From IMG/VR virus record IMGVR_UViG_3300009514_000014, positions 1 to 64,000 of that record: a DNA stretch of 64,000 nt. One strand, 5' to 3'. Within the stretch, counting starts at the first letter, position 1, and each line of letters opens with the position of its first letter. The position numbers and the translations under genes are program-made. This document shows positions 12,477 to 20,094 of the stretch, piece after piece. The stretch comes from a virus. The notes under the pieces were generated by a model. It saw nothing but the letters and a program-made list of their open reading frames with translations, searched no databases and had not been told where the DNA came from.

Positions 12477-12547
12477 TCGGGACTCGTCCAACGGTAGGAC
12501 GTCAGCCTCTGGAGCTGAATATCGGGGTTCAAATCCCTGGTCCCGAA
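12477..12547 (+). tRNA. tRNA-Gln(CTG)
   Basis: cloverleaf, loop CTCTGGA. Confidence 0.9.
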
Positions 12548-12677
12548 TGTGTGATAGATGTTCATGGCGGCGGCTGTCCGCAGCGCGACCGATCTAGGGC
12601 ATCGACACTCTTTGATAATCGAATAGTAGATCATGGTCACGTGAGTCTAGCCGAAAGGCCGTAATGGCTCGCGTTGT

Positions 12678-12751
12678 GGCCCTATAGCTTAGTCTGGTAG
12701 AGCATCCGGCTCATAACCGGGCGGTCTCTGGTTCAAATCCAGGTGGGGCCA
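12678..12751 (+). tRNA. tRNA-CAT (probably Ile2, lysidine type)
   Basis: GGCCCTA acceptor, loop CTCATAA. Confidence 0.85.
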
Positions 12752-12757
12752 CTTTAC

Positions 12758-12829
12758 GGCGAGATAGCTCAATCGGTAGAGCAGTGGACTGAAAATCCGC
12801 GTGCGGGAGTTCGATTCTCCCTCTTGCCA
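12758..12829 (+). tRNA. tRNA-Phe(GAA)
   Basis: cloverleaf, loop CTGAAAA. Confidence 0.9.
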
Positions 12830-12835
12830 TCTTGT

Positions 12836-12906
12836 TCCGAGATCATCTAACGGTAGGATGACAGCCTTTGACGCTGTTTATCTGGGTTCGAATCCCAGTC
12901 TCGGAT
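12836..12906 (+). tRNA. tRNA-Gln(TTG)
   Basis: cloverleaf, loop CTTTGAC. Confidence 0.9.
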
Positions 12907-12913
12907 TTCTACT

Positions 12914-12987
12914 CGGGGTGTAGCGCAGCCTGGAAGCGCATCTGCTTTGGGAGCAGAGAGTCGAAGGTTCAAATCCTTTCACCCCGA
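12914..12987 (+). tRNA. tRNA-Pro(TGG)
   Basis: CGGGGTG/CACCCCG, loop TTTGGGA. Confidence 0.92.
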
Positions 12988-12989
12988 CT

Positions 12990-13122
12990 TTGATGGACCG
13001 CTTGATGTTGGGTAATCAATCAAACTGATAATTTGAACGACTGAGGTTCGATTCCTCGGGGCCCCAAAACTGCGGGGCCGTTGGACGGGAAAAAGCTCCA
13101 GCGTCTACTCTTTGTTCATCAA
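12990..13122 (+). ncRNA. Y RNA-like (YrlA-type) copy 1
   Basis: terminal stem TTGATGGAC(C)G/TGTTCATCAA with bulged C; inside, an anticodon-like arm (CTGATAA), T arm and loop-closed acceptor GGCCCC/GGGGCC. Confidence 0.7.
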
Positions 13123-13137
13123 AAATATTTTACGATT

Positions 13138-13206
13138 TGCGGACCGACAGCGACCGGTTACCCCTTTTCCAAAGAAGCCAATCCGATCGTGTAAAACTTG
13201 TTCGCA
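13138..13206 (+). ncRNA. minimal Y RNA-like copy 2 (no tRNA domain)
   Basis: TGCGGAC(C)GA/TTGTTCGCA stem plus an imperfect inner stem, GGTTAC motif. Confidence 0.6.
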
Positions 13207-13210
13207 TTCT

Positions 13211-13286
13211 AGATCTGTAGCTCAGCCCTGGTTAGAGCGTTCGCCTGATAAGCGAGAGGTCGGCGGTTCAACTCCGCCCAGATCTA
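13211..13286 (+). tRNA. tRNA-Ile(GAT)
   Basis: cloverleaf, loop CTGATAA. Confidence 0.92.
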
Positions 13287-13292
13287 TTTTAT

Positions 13293-13365
13293 GGTAGATG
13301 AGGCCGATAGGCGAGGCGCATGTTTGTGGTGCATGTCGTAGCGGGTTCGATTCCCGTCATCTACC
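13293..13365 (+). tRNA. tRNA-His(GTG)
   Basis: G-1/C73, loop TTGTGGT. Confidence 0.88.
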
Positions 13366-13368
13366 CAA

Positions 13369-13497
13369 GACGGACCGAAGAGCAAAGTGGATTATCGCAC
13401 GGGTAGTTCAATTGGTAGAATGCCCGGTTTAGCTACTGGGAGGTCGCTGGTTCGAATCCAGCCCCATGTACTTCCACGCTCGACTTACTTGTTCGTC
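13369..13497 (+). ncRNA. Y RNA-like copy 3 enclosing a canonical-order tRNA-like domain
   Basis: GACGGAC(C)GA/TTGTTCGTC stem; 13397-13470 folds D-AC-T with a non-canonical anticodon loop. Confidence 0.65.
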
Positions 13498-13618
13498 AAC
13501 TTTTTTGGGTTGCACAGGCTGCGTGATGCACATGCGGTCTGACGGCTGGGACGTAGCGTGCATCAGCTTCGCCTTGGCTTTGGTCGGGTTCATCACCTGT
13601 CCAGGCTCAAACATTCTT

Positions 13619-13691
13619 GGGGCCATAGCTCAATTGGGAGAGCGCCTGCCTTGCAAGCAGGAGGTCGCCGGTTCGACTCCGGCTGGCTCCA
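13619..13691 (+). tRNA. tRNA-Ala(TGC)
   Basis: G3:U70, loop CTTGCAA. Confidence 0.95.
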
Positions 13692-13775
13692 CTAGATCGC
13701 GTGCCCTACCGGCACAGCGTACAAACAACTTTCAGCGGTTTTTTCCTGCTGGACCGACTTGCACGCGATCACCAT

Positions 13776-13848
13776 GGGGATGTAGCTCAGCTGGGAGAGC
13801 ATCTGTCTGGCAGACAGAAGGTCCGGGGTTCGAGACCCCGCATCTCCA
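13776..13848 (+). tRNA. tRNA-Ala(GGC)
   Basis: G3:U70, loop CTGGCAG. Confidence 0.92.
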
Positions 13849-13933
13849 CTAGGACAAAAAAGGGAACCCATTTCTGTCACTATGAATCCTTCGTGCATTG
13901 GTTGATGCTGTGTGCAGTCAATAGGAGAGTTCA

Positions 13934-14164
13934 GTGCAGCAAACACCAGACAGTGCAGATCCGCCAATGAGTGTCGAAGCCATACATCGTGAGCTGTTGG
14001 CTGGAGTAGTTAGTCTTCGTAAAATATATCTCGCCATGCAACGTGGTGAGCTTCGGTCTACGAAACTGGGGCGGCGACGTGTTGCTCGCAGATCGTGGGT
14101 TGAAAAATGGATTGATGGTGAAGACCAATGGTCCGATGTGTCTTGTGGTCCGGGACCGCTTTAG
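13934..14164 (+). CDS. excisionase-like (HTH_17) DNA-binding protein
   Basis: VSLRKIYLAMQRGELRSTKLGRRRVARRSWVEKWI pattern. Confidence 0.6.
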   Translation: MQQTPDSADPPMSVEAIHRELLAGVVSLRKIYLAMQRGELRSTKLGRRRVARRSWVEKWIDGEDQWSDVSCGPGPL

Positions 14165-14292
14165 GCCCCACGTGGGAGACCTGCCAAGGCGCAGGTCTGG
14201 CAATCCATCCCGGCGCAGCAACAGGAGGGTGTTCTAACACACGTCTCGCCTGCAGGTGACGAGTCAGGTGAGAGCCCTGAACTCCTGACCAC

Positions 14293-14365
14293 GCGAGTGA
14301 AGCTCATATGGTCGAGCGCCAGCCTTCCAAGCTGGATGCAGTCGGTTCGAATCCGATCACTCGCT
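14293..14365 (+). tRNA. tRNA-Gly(TCC)
   Basis: cloverleaf, loop CTTCCAA. Confidence 0.92.
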
Positions 14366-14374
14366 CAAGTATTA

Positions 14375-14473
14375 GGGAATGCTGCTCCATGGGGGGCATT
14401 CGATTGCATATCCTTGTTGCCACGCTAGGCGACCGCTCGTAATCGATTATCAAGTTCGATTCTTGCACTCCCC
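14375..14473 (+). ncRNA. tRNA-like RNA with a permuted Y-RNA stem in place of the anticodon loop
   Basis: GGGAATG/CACTCCC acceptor, D and T arms; arm TCGATTGC/GTAATCGA extended by TGTTGCC-loop-GGCGAC(C)G. Confidence 0.55.
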
Positions 14474-14544
14474 GTTTTTTCTTGACGACCTTCGTTCTAT
14501 CTGGTGTAATCTCGCTGTTATTCCAATCTATACGGAGGATTCCA

Positions 14545-15522
14545 ATGGCAGCAATCCCTGACAACTATGGCACCGGCGGAACAGGCCTCGACCCTACCGG
14601 CACAGATTCACAACCATCTTTGGCTTTGTGTCTCCGCGACGTCGCCGACGACCTCGCAGAGCTTCGAACGGCCTTGGTGGCGGTAACCGCGCAACTTGAC
14701 TCGGAGATGTCCCTGGATGAATCTCTCGAGCTCATCAACGATATTCGAGCCAAGTTCATCGCCCACATGGCGCTGACGTCGAGCCACCCGAACGCCGACA
14801 CCACGAACGTCGTCACGGCGCCCGTGGCTACCGACTTGGCATCAGGCTACACGCTAGCCAACGATCTCAAAGTTCAGATCAACGCCCACTTCCTCGACCT
14901 CAGCAGCCTCGAAGAAGCCATCACGCTCGTCAACGACCAGGTCACGCAGTACGAAGCGCACCGGGTCTATGATACCGGCTCCGTCCACAACGGCTCGCCA
15001 GACACCACCAACGTGGTCACGGCCGCAGTCGCGACCGACCTCGCCACCGCCATCACGCGCGCCAACGACCTCAAAGCGATGTACGAAGCCCACCGGGTTC
15101 TCGCGACAACGCACACCAACCCAGACGCGACGAACACGATCGCTGCCGCCGACGCATCGGACCTCGCTACGTTGAAGACGTTGCTCAACGAGTACAGCGT
15201 CGACCACGACGCTCACATCATCTTGACCGCCGGCCCCGTCCACGGTGGCGCCGACGCCGTCAACGGCATCACCGAGCCCGATGTCGACAATGCAGCCATC
15301 CACACCAACGACGACGTCACCAATATCGTCGCGGCAGCGGACGCTACAACCGCAGCTACCTTGGTCACGTTGGCCAATGAGCTCAGCACCGACTACGAAG
15401 CGCATCGCGCTCTGGCGACCTCGCACAGCGCTGCCGATACGACCAACGTCATTCAAGAAGGCGTCGCCGGCTCGAACTACGCAGCCAACGACCCCGCAGC
15501 GCTCAAGACCACCAAGGCCTAG
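14545..15522 (+). CDS. putative virion structural/decoration protein with internal repeats
   Basis: SD GGAGG; Ala/Thr/Asp-rich with repeated H..DTTNVVTA.VATDLA...ANDLK units. Confidence 0.6.
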   Translation: MAAIPDNYGTGGTGLDPTGTDSQPSLALCLRDVADDLAELRTALVAVTAQLDSEMSLDESLELINDIRAKFIAHMALTSSHPNADTTNVVTAPVATDLASGYTLANDLKVQINAHFLDLSSLEEAITLVNDQVTQYEAHRVYDTGSVHNGSPDTTNVVTAAVATDLATAITRANDLKAMYEAHRVLATTHTNPDATNTIAAADASDLATLKTLLNEYSVDHDAHIILTAGPVHGGADAVNGITEPDVDNAAIHTNDDVTNIVAAADATTAATLVTLANELSTDYEAHRALATSHSAADTTNVIQEGVAGSNYAANDPAALKTTKA

Positions 15523-15548
15523 TGCCTTTACGGTTGACTCTGTAGGCC

Positions 15549-15908
15549 ATGTCAGCTACCGTAGCTGGCATGGCTACGCAATTTCCTGCATCAATCACCA
15601 CTTTAGGCTCGGCTCTGCGGCACCTCCGCAACGCGCGCGGTCTTACGATTCGTGGGCTCGCCGCCAAGATCGGTTTGAGCGCTGCGTTTATCTCAGACCT
15701 CGAGCAGGACCGGCGGTCGACGAATCGAATCGGAGACATCGCAGAGGCACTCGACGTCAAAGTAGAAGATCTGCAGTGCTTCGATAGCAGGTACGTTACC
15801 GCTCGAGTGCGGATGTGGATGGATGTCACACCGGGCGTCGGCAAGTTGCTCATGTCAATGATGGATGACGGACGACCCGTCGACGAGCTTCAAGAATTAT
15901 TCGACTAG
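15549..15908 (+). CDS. XRE-family HTH transcriptional regulator
   Basis: LRHLRNARGLTIRGLAAKIGLSAAFISDLEQDRR. Confidence 0.85.
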   Translation: MSATVAGMATQFPASITTLGSALRHLRNARGLTIRGLAAKIGLSAAFISDLEQDRRSTNRIGDIAEALDVKVEDLQCFDSRYVTARVRMWMDVTPGVGKLLMSMMDDGRPVDELQELFD

Positions 15909-15995
15909 GAAGGGTTGGGCATTGGCAAGCCTCGCTGCCTCGAAAACAGTCGACCAGGGAAACCCGGTCTGGGGGTTCAACTCCCCCTCCTTCCG
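15908..15995 (+). tRNA. tRNA-Ser(CGA)
   Basis: long variable arm, loop CTCGAAA. Confidence 0.85.
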
Positions 15996-16064
15996 CTTGC
16001 AGGATAGGGGAGTCAGGTCGTACGGTTATTGCCAACGTAGGGACGATTGTGTAATGTCGCAGGT

Positions 16065-16472
16065 ATGCCTTACAAGAATTATGACGCGCAGCTAGCTTAT
16101 TATCGGGCCTGGTACAAGGCGCGTCGGGATGCATGGTTTGCAGCCAAGCGCTGTGTCGATTGCGCTACGGAAGACGATTTGCAACTTGATCATCGCGACC
16201 CGTCGCAGAAAGTATCGCACAGGGTTTTTGGGTGGAGACGCGCCAGACGTGAAGCTGAGTTAGCAAAATGCGATGTGCGTTGTGGTCGCTGTCATCGAAT
16301 AAAAACAGCGGCAATGAGTGAGGGCTCGTTCAAATACAAAACGGATATAGTACGAGAGGTGCATCGGTTGCGTGAGACTGGTTTATCCTTCGGCGCTATC
16401 GCGAAAAAAATAGGTGTCAGCAAATCCCATGCACATAGAATCGTGTGCGGTGTTGCTCGCACTGAGGTGTGA
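16065..16472 (+). CDS. HNH endonuclease with C-terminal HTH
   Basis: CVDC..LQLDHRDP...CDVRCGRCHRIKT; GLSFGAIAKKIGVSKSHAHRI. Confidence 0.85.
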   Translation: MPYKNYDAQLAYYRAWYKARRDAWFAAKRCVDCATEDDLQLDHRDPSQKVSHRVFGWRRARREAELAKCDVRCGRCHRIKTAAMSEGSFKYKTDIVREVHRLRETGLSFGAIAKKIGVSKSHAHRIVCGVARTEV

Positions 16473-16544
16473 TGCGGAATACCCAATTGGCAAGGGGCCG
16501 GGTTCATATTCCGGTAGATGTCGGTTCGATTCCGGCTTCCGCTA
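16473..16544 (+). tRNA. tRNA-fMet-like (CAT)
   Basis: 1:72 mismatch, GGG in anticodon stem, loop TTCATAT. Confidence 0.8.
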
Positions 16545-16547
16545 GAA

Positions 16548-16615
16548 GAGGAAAACGCAGGTTCGATTCCTGCCTGGTTGCTGCACATCGGTCGTCTAGT
16601 GGTAAGACGTCCCCT
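16548..16615 (+). ncRNA. permuted tRNA-like module (T arm - closed acceptor - D arm)
   Basis: GCAGG-TTCGATT-CCTGC precedes GTCT-AGTGGTA-AGAC. Confidence 0.5.
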
Positions 16616-16624
16616 GCTAAAACT

Positions 16625-16709
16625 GGAAGACACCCTTCAAGGTGGAGGAGCGGTCTGCTACACCGTGGAGTTGAAACATACTTGCGGGGTTCGATTCCCC
16701 GGTCTTCCG
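16625..16709 (+). tRNA. tRNA-Ser(GCT)
   Basis: GGAAGAC/GTCTTCC, loop CTGCTAC, long variable arm. Confidence 0.8.
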
Positions 16710-16722
16710 TAGGAGAACAAAC

Positions 16723-17121
16723 ATGAGTTCCCCGCACGCATATTTGATGGTGCTGATTGACGTCAAACCTACGCCGATGCAGGTGCGAGGTTTCATGATC
16801 TCCAGCGACGACAATCCCGAGTTGGCGTCCAGCGGATTGCGGTGGTTGTAGGGCGCAGTCGGCTACGGCGACAGTTACCAAGAGGCCGCCAATAATCTCG
16901 TCACGCTGGTCAAGTCGGACCCACTGTGGAAGTGGGTGCAGGAGCTCCCATCGTGGCCGCGCTACGCAAAACGAAACGTCACAGAAGCCAAAGCGGAGGC
17001 GGCAGCGTGTGAGGTCGACCCGCGATTTTCTGTCTTGCATCGGTTGCCTCAGGCTGACCGGGACGCCATCTTCGAGTTCGCAATGCAACGGTCTGATGCG
17101 ATTCTCAGGGGAGAAGACTGA
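16723..17121 (+). pseudogene. hypothetical gene interrupted by an in-frame TAG (16849-16851)
   Basis: SD AGGAG + ATG 16723; the frame continues for 89 sense codons after the TAG. Confidence 0.5.
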
Positions 17122-17122
17122 T

Positions 17123-17389
17123 ATGAAAATCATCGATCGTCGGCACCACGCACCGCCGCCAACCAAAGCCGAGCTCGCCGCGAAGCTCATGGAGGAGCTG
17201 ACGCGAGCAGCGATGGAAGACGGCATGTTCTGGACGACGAGACAGGCGCCGACGGTGCCAGGTGAGAAGATTGCGGCGCTTAGTTCAGCGCAGCGAGAGC
17301 TGCTCCAACATCTCGACGCAGAGACGATGAAGCGAGTCATGGAGCCTCGCTACGTGCATCAGATCGACTTCACGCGAACGTTCAATTGA
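17123..17389 (+). CDS. hypothetical protein
   Basis: SD and ATG immediately after the upstream stop. Confidence 0.5.
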   Translation: MKIIDRRHHAPPPTKAELAAKLMEELTRAAMEDGMFWTTRQAPTVPGEKIAALSSAQRELLQHLDAETMKRVMEPRYVHQIDFTRTFN

Positions 17390-17391
17390 TT

Positions 17392-17478
17392 GGAGAGGAT
17401 GTCACAAGGTGTGGCAGCTGTCTGGAAAGCAGTCATGGTACCGAGGGTGCCAGGTGGGTTCGATTCCCATTCTCTCCG
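17392..17478 (+). tRNA. tRNA-Ser(GGA)
   Basis: loop CTGGAAA, long variable arm. Confidence 0.85.
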
Positions 17479-17480
17479 TT

Positions 17481-17629
17481 GTGCAAAGGACCGATTGTTT
17501 GGGTTACCCTCCCCCGTCACTGTGGGGGAGTAGCATTGTGGTGATGCGCCGGGGCTCCACCCCTCGGAGACGCGGGTTCGACTCCCGTCCTTTTGGAATT
17601 CTCCAAGCTAACTTTTTTCGTTCTTGCAT
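17481..17629 (+). ncRNA. Y RNA-like copy 4
   Basis: GTGCAAAGGAC(C)GA/TCGTTCTTGCAT stem, TTGGGTTAC motif, internal D, AC and T arms. Confidence 0.65.
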
Positions 17630-17676
17630 GAAACGCGGTGAGCGTCATCCTGTGGAAGGTGGCGTTTACCGCACCT

Positions 17677-17751
17677 GGGGGTGTGGTCCAGCCTGGAGTG
17701 GACGCTGGCTTGTCACGCCAGAGACCGCCGGTTCAAATCCGGTCATCCCCG
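17677..17751 (+). tRNA. tRNA-Asp(GTC)
   Basis: loop TTGTCAC. Confidence 0.92.
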
Positions 17752-17754
17752 TAC

Positions 17755-17827
17755 GCGGTTGTAGCTCAGCAGGCAGAGCGTTTGGTTGCCAATCAGAAGG
17801 TCGCCGGTTCGAGACCGGCCAGCCGCA
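17755..17827 (+). tRNA. tRNA-Gly(GCC)
   Basis: loop TTGCCAA. Confidence 0.9.
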
Positions 17828-17839
17828 TAAGGAGCTCAA

Positions 17840-18106
17840 ATGGGTTTCGCAGAGATTCTTTTGGAGTTGCAGCAACTCAACCCGTGCGCATTGCTCGCGG
17901 ACGGATTCGAAAGTGCGCTCATCGGCATCGGTCGGCAAGCGCATCAGTATTTGGCTGTCTACGACTACGCCAAGTGCGTCGAGCTCCTGATGGACGGCGA
18001 CGGCATGACGCACGAGATGGCGTCGGAGCACATGGAGTTCAACGTTGTAGGCTCCTACGTTGGACCGAATACGCCGATCTTTTTGCAAAGGCCGAGCGAT
18101 GATTAA
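17840..18106 (+). CDS. conserved hypothetical phage protein
   Basis: ADGFESALIG..AVYDYAKC...EHMEFNVVGSYVGPNTPIF, a motif common in phages. Confidence 0.75.
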   Translation: MGFAEILLELQQLNPCALLADGFESALIGIGRQAHQYLAVYDYAKCVELLMDGDGMTHEMASEHMEFNVVGSYVGPNTPIFLQRPSDD

Positions 18107-18574
18107 GTCGAGCACCACTCTCGAAGAGGCTGAAAGGCTTGTTCGACAGAACCTGTCTAGGCACCATTACACGTCTGCCACAAACGACGTCACGGGCGAT
18201 CTTACTACGACTTTCGTTGTGCGAGATGTAGCCGTAAATTGGGCCGGGACGACGTACAATTACCCGCGATTCAACGTGCATGAGACCGAGGAAGAAAAAC
18301 GGCATCGACTTGCTGCAGAGAAAGCTTCACTTGTATCCGGTCGGTCGCGAAAGCGCGCTCCGAATTGGATGACTCCACCCCTTCCGCCACGCAGTTCGGT
18401 AGCCCGAGCACCTTGGATGCAAGCCAGTGGAATGCCGGCGTCGAATTCTGGCGGGCGTAAAAGACCGTCTCGCAAGCGGAAAGCAGCGACGGAGGGCAGA
18501 CGCTACCGCAGGAAGAGTTGAATAGATCTCAGTTAGTTAGTAAAGTGTAGCTGCCTGTATTCTAGGAGAGCTGC

Positions 18575-20083
18575 ATGGCCATCATAGACTGGACTACGAA
18601 TTACCCTGCAACGCAGGACTCGACGCCTCCGACCACGGAGCAGCCAGACCTGTCCAATACTACCGATGAGACGCGCGTCTCTCAAATCGCGACGTTACGT
18701 GACAAGCTGGATGCGGTGGCAAAGAAGCTCGGTGATGACGGAGATCTGCCGGCTGGCAGCGCTGTTGCCAGACTGACAGCTCTCGAGTCAACACCCGCCG
18801 TCCATCTACTCGGTAGCGCGACACACACTGCTGATACGTTGGCGAACTTGAACGCCAAGATCAGCGATGCGACGTTGATTGATACTGCGGACTCTCGCCT
18901 GTCAGATGCCAGGGAGGCGACAGGGTTGCAGACCTCCGGCGCGACGGTTGTCGTTTCGGCTGCTGCACCGCCTACAACCGATCAAGTGTTGAAGGCGACC
19001 AGCGCTACCACGGCGACGTGGCAAGACGAGATGGCGGTGACAGCGCATGCCTTGGGCGGTATCGAGCACAACCTCGATACCCTCGCCAATCTCAATGCCA
19101 AAATCAGCGACGCTACCCTCGTGGACACCGGCGATTCGCGCTTCAGCGACGACCGTACGGGCAGCAAGCTGCGGACTGCGACCACAGAGGTTGTGATATC
19201 CGGTGCAACGGCCCCGACAGCAGGGCAGATGCTAGTCGCCTCTTCGACTACCCTCGCCGCGTGGGCCACTCCGAAGTTGGACGACTTGGCCACCCCTGAC
19301 GACAACACCGATCTTGACGCTACTATCGTTCAGCACGGTTTGTTGCCGAAACTTGGCGGTGGGACGGCAAACTTTCTGCGTGCAGACGGTGCGTGGGCGG
19401 CGCCATCAGGCGGTGTACCTGGCGCGCATGACCTTGACTCGCATAACGCGAATACGTTAGCCGAGCTCAATGCCATCATAACTGGCGGCGACCTTGATTA
19501 CGATTCTGCAAGTCGTCCGCCGAATGGTTCGGCGAGTGGCGACCTCAGCGGCACATATCCAGGTCCAGCGGTGGCAGCGATCACTACGACGACCGGTCCG
19601 ACCAGCCTGACTGTAGGTGCAGTAGCCGATGGGGATTATCTCAAACGCGTCGGCTCAACAGTAGTAGGGGCGACACCTAACTACTGGCGACACGGCATTC
19701 ATTGGGGGACTGACGGCGAAGCGTCTTTGAGCACTACGAGCACCAGCTACGTCTTGTTGAAAACCTGGTACACACTGCTCCCCTCGGAGACGATCGCTCA
19801 GCTATCCAATATTCATCTGGCGTTGCAGTACGTCGCAGTAGGGACGCCCGGCACAGCCGAGATCAAGGTGATTTTTGACGCAGGCGGCACAGCCACTGTG
19901 AAGGAGTGGACCGGTCTGGTGGCGACTACGGCGGTCATAATCTCCGATCCTGGAATATCACCAGCCTCCATTCCAGCAGACAATACCCAGATTTTTGCTA
20001 TCGAGTTGTGGGCAAGAGTTCCGACAGGGTTCGCTGGTGGTGTAGCTATTGAGTTCTTAGAGATCAACTGGGTCTACAACTAG
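18575..20083 (+). CDS. putative tail/head fibre protein
   Basis: Thr/Ala/Gly-rich, internal repeats (DTLANLNAKISDATL), GDLSGTYPGP. Confidence 0.7.
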   Translation: MAIIDWTTNYPATQDSTPPTTEQPDLSNTTDETRVSQIATLRDKLDAVAKKLGDDGDLPAGSAVARLTALESTPAVHLLGSATHTADTLANLNAKISDATLIDTADSRLSDAREATGLQTSGATVVVSAAAPPTTDQVLKATSATTATWQDEMAVTAHALGGIEHNLDTLANLNAKISDATLVDTGDSRFSDDRTGSKLRTATTEVVISGATAPTAGQMLVASSTTLAAWATPKLDDLATPDDNTDLDATIVQHGLLPKLGGGTANFLRADGAWAAPSGGVPGAHDLDSHNANTLAELNAIITGGDLDYDSASRPPNGSASGDLSGTYPGPAVAAITTTTGPTSLTVGAVADGDYLKRVGSTVVGATPNYWRHGIHWGTDGEASLSTTSTSYVLLKTWYTLLPSETIAQLSNIHLALQYVAVGTPGTAEIKVIFDAGGTATVKEWTGLVATTAVIISDPGISPASIPADNTQIFAIELWARVPTGFAGGVAIEFLEINWVYN

Positions 20084-20094
20084 GGAGCAACACG

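Noticed and set aside
13934-15908. Prophage integration module (Xis-like + XRE near tRNAs)
   Set aside because: No integrase, att duplication or host-gene boundary in the window.
16625-16709. tRNA-Sec (GGAAGA start resembles selC)
   Set aside because: The anticodon loop reads GCT (Ser), not TCA, and the acceptor has 7 bp.
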